A DNA stretch of 25,060 nt from a virus (lineage: Duplodnaviria > Caudoviricetes), in the IMG/VR virus record IMGVR_UViG_3300020045_010528, positions 1 to 25,060 of that record. The stretch is one strand, 5' to 3'. Numbering within the stretch: the first letter of the stretch is position 1; every line of letters begins with the position of its first letter. Shown in pieces: positions 9,288-18,859 of the stretch. The notes beneath the pieces were generated by a model. It was not told the origin of the DNA and did no database searches. It was given only the letters and a program-made list of their open reading frames with translations. The position numbers and the translations under genes were made by a program.

Positions 9288-10301
9288 ATGAAAATAAAAA
9301 TTGATGGTGTTAATTATGAAGAATTTAATGATTTAGCTTTGTCGGTTGCTATTGATTCAGTAGCTTCTACATTTGCTTTTACAGGTCGTTATGATAAAAC
9401 GAATCCTGAACATAAAAAATTATTTCGTCCATTATCTTTTTATGAGTGTTTAATATTTGATGATAATAATAAAAAAATTATTACAGGTAGTATCATAAAT
9501 CATACTTTTAATTCAAAAGACAGACCTGAATTAGTTACTTTATCAGGTTATTCAAAAGGAGGAGTTTTAGAAGATTGTTCTATACCTTTTGAAAGCTATC
9601 CTTTAGAATCTTTAGGACGTTCTTTGAAAGATATAACAGAACGTTTATTAAAATATTTTGACCTTAAATTAATAATTCACCCATCAGTTATCAAGGATTG
9701 TAATTTGATTTATACTAAGTCCTGCGGAGAACCTAGCGGCACGGTAAAAGAATACCTATCTAAATTATCTAGCCAAAGAAATATAGTAATGAGCCATGAT
9801 GTCGATGGTAATTTAATTTATTCAAGAATAGACCCAAAAAAACCATCAAAAGCTTTTTATACTAAAGAAAATACTCTTACAATGTCGTTAGATATACAAG
9901 GGCAATCATTTCACAGCAGTATAACAGTCATAAAACAGCCTTCAAAAGACGGTTCTAATGCTTCTTTTTCTGATTCTGTTTCTAATAGTCTTATTTCTGC
10001 AAAACGTCCTTCAGTTCAAGTGCTTACATCAGGTGAAGATGGAGAAACATCTAAAGGAGCAAAAAATATTTTATCAGAAGAATTAAAAGGTATAAAGGTT
10101 ATATTAAACTTTGATAGATGGGAAGATTTACATATAGGTGATGTAGTAGAAATTCAGAACGATGAAATATTTTTTGATAACAGAACTAGGATGGTTGTGG
10201 AAAACCTATCTTATGTAAAAAACAGTTCAGCGGAAACTATGACTGTTTCAACTGTTTTACCTGAATCTTTCAACGGAGAACAACCTAAAAAAATATTCTA
10301 A
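9288..10301 (+). CDS. Baseplate hub protein, Mu gp44-like
   Basis: MKIKIDGVNY..IDSVASTFAF, SGYSKGGVLEDCS, SHDVDGNLIY and FHSSIT motifs; 337 aa. Confidence 0.8.
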   Translation: MKIKIDGVNYEEFNDLALSVAIDSVASTFAFTGRYDKTNPEHKKLFRPLSFYECLIFDDNNKKIITGSIINHTFNSKDRPELVTLSGYSKGGVLEDCSIPFESYPLESLGRSLKDITERLLKYFDLKLIIHPSVIKDCNLIYTKSCGEPSGTVKEYLSKLSSQRNIVMSHDVDGNLIYSRIDPKKPSKAFYTKENTLTMSLDIQGQSFHSSITVIKQPSKDGSNASFSDSVSNSLISAKRPSVQVLTSGEDGETSKGAKNILSEELKGIKVILNFDRWEDLHIGDVVEIQNDEIFFDNRTRMVVENLSYVKNSSAETMTVSTVLPESFNGEQPKKIF

Positions 10302-10795
10302 TGGCTATAACATATTGCAGAACAAAAAGCTTTGAAATAAAGCAAGGAGAAAAAACTTATAAGGTAGAACAGTTCGGAATCAAAACTACTGAATCAGTTA
10401 TGCCTTTCGGTGATGATTCTTCTATTCCTGAAGGATATACTGCTATATATTTAGATACAGAAAATGTAGGTGATAAAGTCATTATAGGATGTATAAATAA
10501 AAATCAGATTGCAAAATCAGGTGAAAAAAGAATTTTCAGTATTAAACCTGATAAATCTCTTTCTATTGATATTTATTTACGGGATGATGGTAAAGCACAA
10601 ATAGGAGGAAATGTTGATAATCTTGTTAGGTACAGTTCATTGAATACAGCTTTACAGCAGGAAAAAAACCTAATAAACATTGAACTAAATAAAATTGCTG
10701 TTGCTATGAATGCTATTGTTCCTGGTTCTTATTCTCCGGGTCTTATTACCTTAGACATTCTTCAATCTAAAATAGAAGAATTATTATGTCCATAA
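10301..10795 (+). CDS. Baseplate spike protein, Mu gp45-like
   Basis: PFGDDSSIP and GEKRIFS motifs of the gp45/gpV OB-fold region; follows the hub gene. Confidence 0.7.
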   Translation: MAITYCRTKSFEIKQGEKTYKVEQFGIKTTESVMPFGDDSSIPEGYTAIYLDTENVGDKVIIGCINKNQIAKSGEKRIFSIKPDKSLSIDIYLRDDGKAQIGGNVDNLVRYSSLNTALQQEKNLINIELNKIAVAMNAIVPGSYSPGLITLDILQSKIEELLCP

Positions 10796-10827
10796 AAAAA
10801 CCTTAGATTTTAAGTCTAAGGTTTTTA
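10794..10827. terminator. Bidirectional intrinsic terminator
   Basis: AAAAA-CCTTAGA-ttttaag-TCTAAGG-TTTTT hairpin with an A-tract and a T-tract, between convergent operons. Confidence 0.88.
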
Positions 10828-10847
10828 TAATATTGTAAGTTTTTAAC

Positions 10848-11279
10848 TTAATTGTTCTGATAATTTTGAACGGGCAAGGTATTGTTTTTACTGGGATTTC
10901 CTTCACCAATTGACCTGATATGATAATTGTCTTTTAGAATAAAATCAGCATTTTGTTTATCCGAAATTTTTAGTTTTAAAGGTTCATATTTTTCGGAATC
11001 CCTGACTGCATAAACGTTTTTATAAATGTTTAATTCGTTCAACTGTTTTTGGTCTCCAATAAAGACATAATCAGAATTAATGGAATCAGAATCAAAAGGT
11101 ATAGATACCGTTTGAATTTCAGATTGTTTTAATTCAAATTCACAGTTTTGAATTGGTTGAACAAAAGAAGTTTTTTCCCGGATGTCACTCAATAGAGGTG
11201 CTTTTGCTTCTCCTTTACAACTGAATAAAAAACAGACCATGATAGCCATTGTAATCGATAATAAAAATGATTTTTTCAT
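10848..11279 (-). CDS. Putative lipoprotein of unknown function
   Basis: MKK, hydrophobic stretch, then LFSC lipobox (Cys21). Confidence 0.65.
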   Translation of the reverse strand: MKKSFLLSITMAIMVCFLFSCKGEAKAPLLSDIREKTSFVQPIQNCEFELKQSEIQTVSIPFDSDSINSDYVFIGDQKQLNELNIYKNVYAVRDSEKYEPLKLKISDKQNADFILKDNYHIRSIGEGNPSKNNTLPVQNYQNN

Positions 11280-11374
11280 TTTAAAAATGGTTTAAATTTG
11301 CTTACTTATAAAAGGCATCAGCATTCCTTATAGAGATTATAAATATAAAAAAATAATATGAATTAAAAAAATAT

Positions 11375-11656
11375 TTAATCAATTTTTTCTGGTTCAACAT
11401 CAACCATTATAACATCAATAGTAGTATCTAACATTTCACAAATAGCTAGTACCAATTCTTTATTGAATCGCTTTTGGAAAGGTTCAGTTTCTAATCTTAA
11501 AATCTGACGGTAAAGATGTTTTGACTTAGGAAATTTTTCTTTAAGTCTTTTTGCTAATTCGTTTTTTGTTCGGATAGGTTTTTTATTTTCCTTGAACAAA
11601 GAAACGTCTTTTAGGTTTATATGTTTATCGATTTCGCATTTTTTGAATCCACTCAT
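11375..11656 (-). CDS. Cro/C1-like helix-turn-helix protein
   Basis: TKNELAKRL...ILRLE...LVLAICEMLDTTIDVI pattern of XRE-family HTH proteins. Confidence 0.6.
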   Translation of the reverse strand: MSGFKKCEIDKHINLKDVSLFKENKKPIRTKNELAKRLKEKFPKSKHLYRQILRLETEPFQKRFNKELVLAICEMLDTTIDVIMVDVEPEKID

Positions 11657-11660
11657 TTTC

Positions 11661-12086
11661 TTAAAATTTTATTGTATCGGTTTTTTGTGTTTGAAGCATC
11701 GCTTCCACATCTGCAATTGTTAAGCCTTTTAATCTTCCTTCGGTGCAGGATATTGCATCTTCTTTATTAATACATAATCTCCAAACCCTGCCTTCTCTTT
11801 CCCAAATTTTAGCCCATTCAATTTGTGCTTCAATATGTTTTCTTTTATGTCTGCTTTCAGGTACTTTTAATTCAATAGCTATATCATTATAACCGCTAGG
11901 ATTGTGATTTTCAAAAAATAATAAATCAGCTATTCCACTAAATATACCAATTGATTTTGCACGCATAACCTCAAGAGGATTTCCAGTTTTTCTTTCGTTT
12001 GAAACGTGAAAAAATTGACCTCTTTTTTCCGGATACAGTTCAGAAAATAAACGAACTGTATCCGATAAAAGTTTTTCCTCAGTCAT
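11661..12086 (-). CDS. VRR-NUC domain nuclease (Holliday junction resolvase-like)
   Basis: N-terminal TEEKL, FHVSNE, GIFSGIADL, IELK and Q..W motifs of the PD-(D/E)xK VRR-NUC family. Confidence 0.85.
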   Translation of the reverse strand: MTEEKLLSDTVRLFSELYPEKRGQFFHVSNERKTGNPLEVMRAKSIGIFSGIADLLFFENHNPSGYNDIAIELKVPESRHKRKHIEAQIEWAKIWEREGRVWRLCINKEDAISCTEGRLKGLTIADVEAMLQTQKTDTIKF

Positions 12087-12553
12087 TAGAAAGGTACATC
12101 ATCTGTCGGAGTGAAAGTTTCACCTCCTCCTACATTTCCTTCAGCATCATTTGCAGTTCCTGAATTAGTAAATTCTTTCAAACTTCCTAAAATAGGAGTA
12201 AATTCAGCGGCCGCTTTTTTAGCTACATCACCTGTACCAAGTGCTTTATAATCTTTAGTAGCTAAGGATTTAGAAATAAACCCAATTTGACCGTTTTGGT
12301 CTTCTTCATCTTTGATATGCACACGGGCTGGCATATAAATTTGAGTTTCTACTCCTCCACCTTCAACTGGTTTTTCATAAATATCCAATTTGTTTGCTTC
12401 AAAAGGAATCCAAATACCTTTTACTTTAGCAGGTGGTTTTTTGTCATTTGCTACTCTTTCAGTACCATCTTCATTTACCTTTGAAGAAGGCATTTCAAGA
12501 AGAACGTGTTTCATTTTTGATAGTGCAATACTACCGGATAAATTTCTAGGCAT
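12086..12553 (-). CDS. Putative single-stranded DNA-binding protein
   Basis: Gly-rich acidic tail ending DDVPF; next to the exonuclease and annealase genes. Confidence 0.6.
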   Translation of the reverse strand: MPRNLSGSIALSKMKHVLLEMPSSKVNEDGTERVANDKKPPAKVKGIWIPFEANKLDIYEKPVEGGGVETQIYMPARVHIKDEEDQNGQIGFISKSLATKDYKALGTGDVAKKAAAEFTPILGSLKEFTNSGTANDAEGNVGGGETFTPTDDVPF

Positions 12554-12582
12554 AATTTCTCTTTTTATTAAGTTATTGTAAA

Positions 12583-12598
12583 TGTACTAAATTTGACA
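12583..12598. promoter_or_regulatory. Degenerate TGTCA-N6-TGACA operator-like site upstream of the SSB-like gene
   Basis: TGTAC-TAAATT-TGACA in the 12554-12610 intergenic gap. Confidence 0.4.
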
Positions 12599-12610
12599 GT
12601 ATTAAAAAAA

Positions 12611-13738
12611 TTAAAATGGAAAATCTTTTGGTAAGTTTTCTAAATCTGTTATAATTTCAATTTCTTCTTCTATTTTTTGAGGTACGTTAAAATCAACTTC
12701 TTCAACTGATACCATTTCAAAAGTAACATCTAAATCTTTTGCCAAATCTGAGGTTACTAAATTATTTTCAGGAATGTCAAAAATAAAAGTAACTTGTTCC
12801 TCTTCTTTTACTTCTATTTCTTCAATTTTTTTAGGTGATACAAAAACCATATCTTCTTTCATTAAATCTTTCTTTGCATCAATTTCTTCATACAAAATTT
12901 CTTTCAAACTACCACCTTCTTTTAACCATCTAATAACTGTATTTTCAGCTATTTCAATTCTAGCTAATAATGCTTTTTGATGTATAGGTGAAGCTTTTAC
13001 AAATTCATAGGATATAGCACATTCTTTCCTGAAATCCTCAAGTAAATCCATTATTTCATCGCAATACAAATATTTGTTTATATTTGAAGGTGGTTCTGAA
13101 ATTATGTAAACCGATTCTTCTGTTTCTTGTGCTATCATCTGCATTTGTACCTGCCAAAAGTCCATTCCTTTTTCATCTAACAAATCAAAAGTTCTATCAT
13201 AATGACTTCCCCAAGTTACACACGCCTTCTGCTCTCCATTATAAATTTTTAATTTCTTTCTTTGGTCATAAACAAGCAAATCAGAAGAAACACCCGCTGT
13301 AGGAATTGTTGGTAATTTAACAAAACCAATTCTTTGTACATCTAATCCTTTTTCTAAAAAATATTCTTTAGCTATTTCAAATACTAAAGGTTCAACTTTT
13401 GTTCCGTATTTAGCAGATTTACCTGTTTCTGTTTCTATCCAGTATCCTCGCTGTCTGGATTTCGCTACCTCATAAATAGCCTTTAAAGAACCTGATGAAA
13501 ATTCAAATACTTTAGCTGGGTTTGACCAACACATTTTACCTCCTTTATTGTTACAAGCCATCAATGTTTTAATCATTGAAGCTGTCCAACATCCATTACG
13601 AATCATTCTCCAAAAATCAGTTCTTTGTAATTCTTCTTCCTCAGGAAGTACAGGATTTTCTTCATCAAAATCATAATCAGAAGATGTATCATTTTGGTTT
13701 TCTTGGAATCTTTCAGAAAAATTATTAGCTATTTCCAT
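12611..13738 (-). CDS. YqaJ / lambda-exonuclease-like recombination nuclease
   Basis: W...R.G..TAS, YGTKVEP, GVSSDLL, EQKAC and WQVQMQM motifs; long acidic C-terminal tail. Confidence 0.82.
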   Translation of the reverse strand: MEIANNFSERFQENQNDTSSDYDFDEENPVLPEEEELQRTDFWRMIRNGCWTASMIKTLMACNNKGGKMCWSNPAKVFEFSSGSLKAIYEVAKSRQRGYWIETETGKSAKYGTKVEPLVFEIAKEYFLEKGLDVQRIGFVKLPTIPTAGVSSDLLVYDQRKKLKIYNGEQKACVTWGSHYDRTFDLLDEKGMDFWQVQMQMIAQETEESVYIISEPPSNINKYLYCDEIMDLLEDFRKECAISYEFVKASPIHQKALLARIEIAENTVIRWLKEGGSLKEILYEEIDAKKDLMKEDMVFVSPKKIEEIEVKEEEQVTFIFDIPENNLVTSDLAKDLDVTFEMVSVEEVDFNVPQKIEEEIEIITDLENLPKDFPF

Positions 13739-13739
13739 A

Positions 13740-14261
13740 TTATTCTGTTTTTGGTTTCTTTTGGTCTTTGCGGCTATAACTGAAATTGTCGGAAGTTTTT
13801 CTGTTTAAGTTACGACCAAAAATATTTCCAAATGTATTTAAAGCGTTGCTAATCGCTGCCGCTCTGGCTGCTCCTGCATTATATTCAACTGCATTAGTTA
13901 TTTTTCCATCAGGGTATTGAGAAGCTAAAGAACCTTTGGATTGTTGTATTGGTTTTGCTCCTGTTCCGGTCATATATCTATATTCTGAATGAGGATAACT
14001 CGGAAGAAATTGAATCTTAACAGTACAAAGAATTTCATTTTTAATTTCTTGGTATTTTTCTTCAACCACATCAAATTCTTTAAAGAATAAATCCGCCACT
14101 GCTTGTTGCCTCCATAGCGGCACGAATAGGCTTTTTTTGCTTCCTAAATCTCTTTTATCAATCCAAGTTTCATTAGGTGCTTCTTGCAAGTGTTCAAACC
14201 AATCTTTGTAGTCTTTAAAATGATAATATTCTTCAATTTCATCTTCTTTTGAATCTGACAT
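13740..14261 (-). CDS. Rad52/Sak-like single-strand annealing protein
   Basis: CTVKI...TGTG...A.AAAISNALNTFGNIFGRNLNR pattern; adjacent to the YqaJ exonuclease. Confidence 0.7.
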   Translation of the reverse strand: MSDSKEDEIEEYYHFKDYKDWFEHLQEAPNETWIDKRDLGSKKSLFVPLWRQQAVADLFFKEFDVVEEKYQEIKNEILCTVKIQFLPSYPHSEYRYMTGTGAKPIQQSKGSLASQYPDGKITNAVEYNAGAARAAAISNALNTFGNIFGRNLNRKTSDNFSYSRKDQKKPKTE

Positions 14262-14272
14262 ATATTTTTTTA

Positions 14273-15907
14273 TTAAGGGTTATAAACGTATAATTTACAA
14301 TAGTTCAAAGCTTTTTCTATTGTTTGTGCAGACCAGGTATAAGAAGCCGCATAAGCTTTTACTTCCTCTTCTCCTCCTTTTTTCCATAACTGCCTCCACA
14401 ACCACGCTATTTGATGTTTTTTTATTTTTCTGTAATTAGTCAATTCTTCCCAATTCATATCTTTGAATTTCTTTGACTTCATAGATACACCGTTTTCATC
14501 AATCATTGAAGCTAGTACTAAATCAATATCTTCATTTTCTTTTTTCTCAGGATATTTGTACCCACAAAAAGGACATATACGGTAAGCTACTAAAATCAAT
14601 CTTTTACATCCAATTTTAACATCATTTCCTGAGGTTATAGGTTTTCCATTTGAATCAATACCGCATTCCTTAAGAGGAGGAATTCCTTCAACTGATTTTG
14701 TATCGTGCCAAAGCGACCAAGTTCTATTAGAATCATATTTACCTAATCTTTCAACATTGCCTCCGAAATCTAATACAGTAAAATGAGTTTTACCTGTTTT
14801 AGGTGATAATCTTGAACCTCTTCCAAGCATTTGAAGCCATAAAGCTAATGAATTTGTGGCTCGGTAAACAGCTATAACTTCAATATCAGGACAATTATAA
14901 CCTTTTGTAGCCATATCAACATTGACCAAAACCTTAAATTCATTTTCTTTAAATTGTTTGAAGCCATCAGTACGTTCACCGCTATATTTATCCAACCATT
15001 CTTTATAATATTCATACTGCCTAACATCTTCTTCATATTTCTTGAATGCACCCGTTTTAGAACCTTCTTTTGGCTGTTTAGGAGGATTCTTAGGAGATAC
15101 AACAAATTTAGCTGTTATACCTGCTTCATTCAAGGCTATTGTGGTTTTTATAGCGTGTTCAACATTACAGCAGAACACAAGCATTTTCTGATTCGGAGTG
15201 TGCGTTTGATAGTTTTTTATTAAACCAGAATAAACTTTGTTGGAATTGAATTTTTGAAACATTTGATTAACATCATAATCACCATTCAATGAATTGGTTT
15301 TTACGTTTTTCAAATCAATCTTCCCACAGTCCATCATATCGCAGTTTAATAAATAACCTGCTTCAATTAAGTCTTTTGGTTCTGCTCCTCGTATAAGGCA
15401 ATGATAGTCTAAACCAAGTTGCCTCATAGTTCCGGCACGAATAGGAGTAGCTGTGAATCCTATTACAATTTTGTTATCTAGTAAACCACTTTCAAATAAG
15501 TAATTAAATTCCTGGATGTGTGCTTCATCTATGATTATTAAATCAATATCATTTAAGATGAAATCAATAAATTCTTGCTGTCCTATTCTTCTTCTGAAGG
15601 TTTGCGACATTGCAATAAATACTGATTTTCTATGGTCAATAAATTTACTACCTGCTTGTATCAAATGACAGTTAAGGTTAAACTCTCCTAAAGTATCATT
15701 AGCCTGATTAAGAAGTTCTTCCCGGTCTGTAAAAATTAATACTTTTTTATCTTTTGATTCTGCTCTTTGTGCAAGGTCAGAAAAAACAACTGTTTTACCT
15801 CCTCCTGTGGGAAGCTGTGCAAGTATGTGGCGGTTTCCTTTTCTTATTTGATTAGCAATTTCTAATTCTAAATCAGATTGATAACCATATAAATTTATTT
15901 GATTCAT
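14273..15907 (-). CDS. Superfamily 2 DEAH helicase with C-terminal Zn-finger (RadD/YejH-like)
   Basis: PTGGGKT, IIIDEAH, FTATP, KGYNCPD, QMLGRGSR and CPFCG motifs. Confidence 0.93.
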   Translation of the reverse strand: MNQINLYGYQSDLELEIANQIRKGNRHILAQLPTGGGKTVVFSDLAQRAESKDKKVLIFTDREELLNQANDTLGEFNLNCHLIQAGSKFIDHRKSVFIAMSQTFRRRIGQQEFIDFILNDIDLIIIDEAHIQEFNYLFESGLLDNKIVIGFTATPIRAGTMRQLGLDYHCLIRGAEPKDLIEAGYLLNCDMMDCGKIDLKNVKTNSLNGDYDVNQMFQKFNSNKVYSGLIKNYQTHTPNQKMLVFCCNVEHAIKTTIALNEAGITAKFVVSPKNPPKQPKEGSKTGAFKKYEEDVRQYEYYKEWLDKYSGERTDGFKQFKENEFKVLVNVDMATKGYNCPDIEVIAVYRATNSLALWLQMLGRGSRLSPKTGKTHFTVLDFGGNVERLGKYDSNRTWSLWHDTKSVEGIPPLKECGIDSNGKPITSGNDVKIGCKRLILVAYRICPFCGYKYPEKKENEDIDLVLASMIDENGVSMKSKKFKDMNWEELTNYRKIKKHQIAWLWRQLWKKGGEEEVKAYAASYTWSAQTIEKALNYCKLYVYNP

Positions 15908-17655
15908 TATTCAGTTATAGGTAAAATTAATTCTCCTCCTTCAATTAAAATTTCTCCTTCAGATAAGGTTTCAGCATCAAAATCACCAGTCCAGTTTACA
16001 AACAAATGTAAATCTAATTCCTCAGCCATTTTGCCAAGAAGTTCAATTGATTTTTTATCCATCGGTACATCATCAATCCAAAGATACCTTAAAGCTTTAG
16101 GTTTTGCTTTTAAAAGATATTCTTGAATCAGTAAAGCAATTACTGGTTTTTGTGTTCCTGAATAACTACTAACCTTTCTTATTTCTTTTTTAGGATTACA
16201 GAAGTATTCCGAATCATATTCACCATTATACCAAAGAAAAATGTTTGCATCATCTTTAGCTACTTTATTTCCATCAGCATCAATGATAAATTCAGGAGCG
16301 ATTGACAAACCTGATACACCTGTATTAATTTCAACCAATTTATTAAAATAATCTTTCTTAAATTGATTGACTTCGGTATTACATTCCTGCCAGTATAAGA
16401 AGGCGTTTACTGCTTTAGCTTCTTCATTTCTAATTTTCAAGTCGGAAAGCTGTTTTTCAAGCGTTTTAAGCTCTAAATCTTTTTCTTTAGTATCAACTTC
16501 TTCCACAGCTTTATTATTGGCGGAAATGTACTCGTTTACGATATTCACGTAGGTTTCAATCAATGCTTTAACATCAGCATCTTCATAATCTTCAATTTTA
16601 CCGCAGAAACTACCGTTTTCATTAAAAACTAAAAGCTTATGAAGTTGTTTAGTTGGTTTTTCTATTTCTTTTAAATTGTTTTTAATTTCTTTTTCAAATA
16701 AGTTTTGGACAAAAAATTCATCCTGCCATAAAACACCTTGGAGAAGACCTTTTGCAGAATCTAAATCTCTTTTTTGATTTTCAACTTTTAAATCATAATC
16801 ATCCCATTCTTTTTGGATTGGAATGTTTAGCTTTATCAGTTCATCATTCTTGGTTCTTAATGCTGTATTTGCATTTGAACCTTTTAACTTTATATTAGTT
16901 AAATTGTTTTGTTTTGTAGTTTCAGGATTTTCTTTAAGAAGTTCAATAGAAGCTTTTAGTTTAGAAATTTTACCTGTTAATTCAGATTCATCTTTTACTT
17001 TTTTCTTTTTATCAAAACTGATACCTTTTTTGCTCAAATCATCAGCAATACCTCCACACTCCTTACGCTTCATATCAGCTTCCGAACGCTTTTGTTTTGC
17101 TTTTTCAATTAAGTCAATAACAGAACCTACATATTTAGGATGCGATTTGTCAAATATAACACCTCTTTCTTCCATTTCTTTTGCATATAATTCCAAAAGA
17201 AGTGTTTTTTGGGTGTTAGAATTTTCAGAAGTCAATTCATTAACTCTCCAGGTCAATTTTGTTTGAAGTGATTGAAGATAAGCAGATGGAGTAGCTTTTT
17301 TACCATCAATAATTGGTTCTTTTACTTTTTTACCGTCTTTATCTAGCATATAAAGATAGTATTCTAAAGCATCACCAGCCTTATTAGTCTTACAACCAAC
17401 ATATATATTATTCGTATCATCAAGGAGTTTTGCAGTCAATTCAACCTCTCCATACAAATTCTTATCCTCTAACGTTTTACTGCCAGCAGTAGTCAACCTT
17501 AATGCTTTTTGCAATTGTGTTTTACCTTGCCCAACTCTACCTTTAAATATTGTTAGGTGTAAATTTTCATCAAAAGTTAATTCAGTAGCTTTTAACCCAC
17601 CGAATTGTTTAGCGATTGATAGTCCTACTATTGATACTACTTTTTGTTCTGTCAT
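15907..17655 (-). CDS. Rad50/SbcC-like ABC ATPase with long coiled coil
   Basis: Walker A GRVGQGKT near the N-terminus, coiled-coil middle, signature YSGTQK and Walker B LWIDD near the C-terminus. Confidence 0.8.
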   Translation of the reverse strand: MTEQKVVSIVGLSIAKQFGGLKATELTFDENLHLTIFKGRVGQGKTQLQKALRLTTAGSKTLEDKNLYGEVELTAKLLDDTNNIYVGCKTNKAGDALEYYLYMLDKDGKKVKEPIIDGKKATPSAYLQSLQTKLTWRVNELTSENSNTQKTLLLELYAKEMEERGVIFDKSHPKYVGSVIDLIEKAKQKRSEADMKRKECGGIADDLSKKGISFDKKKKVKDESELTGKISKLKASIELLKENPETTKQNNLTNIKLKGSNANTALRTKNDELIKLNIPIQKEWDDYDLKVENQKRDLDSAKGLLQGVLWQDEFFVQNLFEKEIKNNLKEIEKPTKQLHKLLVFNENGSFCGKIEDYEDADVKALIETYVNIVNEYISANNKAVEEVDTKEKDLELKTLEKQLSDLKIRNEEAKAVNAFLYWQECNTEVNQFKKDYFNKLVEINTGVSGLSIAPEFIIDADGNKVAKDDANIFLWYNGEYDSEYFCNPKKEIRKVSSYSGTQKPVIALLIQEYLLKAKPKALRYLWIDDVPMDKKSIELLGKMAEELDLHLFVNWTGDFDAETLSEGEILIEGGELILPITE

Positions 17656-17912
17656 AATCTATTTATAGTTTCTGTGGTTTTTTTTAATTCGTTTTCAAGG
17701 TTTAATTTTCTTTCAGTAAGAATACCTTTAACTTTTGTTTTAAATTGAGATACAATTATACCTAAATCTTCTGCCTTCAGTTTTTCGCCTTCCAATGTCG
17801 ATTCTGTCAATGTCTTTGCAAGTGAAGAAGAAATTTCTTCTAAAATCTGTTCATGGTTTTTCCCGTTAAACAATTTAGGAAACCAACTTAAAAATTGGGT
17901 AATTTTTTTCAT
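17652..17912 (-). CDS. Hypothetical protein (86 aa, helical)
   Basis: ORF directly downstream of a promoter motif and coupled to the ATPase gene by an ATGA overlap. Confidence 0.7.
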   Translation of the reverse strand: MKKITQFLSWFPKLFNGKNHEQILEEISSSLAKTLTESTLEGEKLKAEDLGIIVSQFKTKVKGILTERKLNLENELKKTTETINRL

Positions 17913-17925
17913 AGTATTATTATTT

Positions 17926-17979
17926 TGTCAAATATAAGACAGTTTATTAGGACTAACAAAATATTAACAAAACTTTAAC
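17926..17979 (-). promoter_or_regulatory. Bacteroidota sigma-A-type promoter (P3) with overlapping palindrome and upstream conserved 16-mer
   Basis: Minus strand: GTTAAAGTTTTGTTAA (17979-17964), then TTTG-N20-TATATTTG (-7 box at 17936-17929). On the plus strand TGTCA-N6-AGACA lies at 17926-17941. Confidence 0.75.
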
Positions 17980-17980
17980 T

Positions 17981-18859
17981 TTAATACCTTATACCATAAC
18001 TTGATGCAATAGCAAAAAAAGTATCTATTTTTGAATTATACATTTTCTTACAGCTATGGAATTTTTTTTCTGCTTTTTGTTCATCGTATTCCGGATGAAA
18101 TTGGCTGATGGTTTTGAAATAATCTAATCCTGATTCACCAAAAAATACGTATAAAGATGAAGCTAGTTTTATCCATTCGCTGTAATCAGATGTTATATCA
18201 ATTGCTCTTTGTTTGATTTGGTTAACAATAGAATCAATTTTTTCTTTATCAGATATATTAACTTTTATTTCTTTAGGTTTAGGCTTAGGTATTTCTGATG
18301 GCATTTTATAATAAAGTGCATCCGGGTTATAATAAGCTTCCTTGTCTATGCTGAAAAATCTTAACCTACTTAAATCCTTGCAAGCGTTATCAATGTTTAT
18401 TCCCATTTTTGCAAGATTTTCCTGAAAAAATAAAAAGTATTCATCAAATATATTAGGATTGTTAATCATTATGATAGCATACACACCAAAATAATCTCCT
18501 GATACAGAATAACCGCAATAATAAGTACAAGGGTGATTTGAAAAAAACTCCTTGACCAAAAGCATATCAATACATGGATTAGATTTAGCTTTTTTAGATT
18601 TTGAAAAACGGTCAACATCTATACAGATAAGGTTATTCCTTTTGTCTATATTTTTTAGATTTCTGTAACCTTTAAATGAAGCTGAAAGAGTAACACAAGG
18701 TAAAGTTTCTTTTATTTTTTTATCCAGTGATTCTCTATATCTTTCAACTCTATTTTCTAATTCTTCGGTAGGTTCTATTGTCAGTTTTAACCATTCATCT
18801 AAATCATAATCTTTTGGTGATACATCTTCAACATTTTCAAAATATGAAATTTTTATCAT
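17981..18859 (-). CDS. Primase-like protein (BT4734/VirE-N type AEP domain plus PriCT-2)
   Basis: KETLPCVTLSA.F, ICIDVD, SVSG, IDNACKDLSRLRFFSID, then DYSEWIKLASSL (PriCT-2). Start placed at ATG 18859, which overlaps the queE stop (ATGA). Confidence 0.82.
   Translation of the reverse strand: MIKISYFENVEDVSPKDYDLDEWLKLTIEPTEELENRVERYRESLDKKIKETLPCVTLSASFKGYRNLKNIDKRNNLICIDVDRFSKSKKAKSNPCIDMLLVKEFFSNHPCTYYCGYSVSGDYFGVYAIIMINNPNIFDEYFLFFQENLAKMGINIDNACKDLSRLRFFSIDKEAYYNPDALYYKMPSEIPKPKPKEIKVNISDKEKIDSIVNQIKQRAIDITSDYSEWIKLASSLYVFFGESGLDYFKTISQFHPEYDEQKAEKKFHSCKKMYNSKIDTFFAIASSYGIRY

Noticed and set aside
11293-11300. Plus-strand TAAATTTG (also at 12588-12595) as an antisense promoter
   Set aside because: An 8-mer this AT-rich is expected by chance, and there is no upstream 16-mer or downstream plus-strand gene; it cannot be supported without TSS data.
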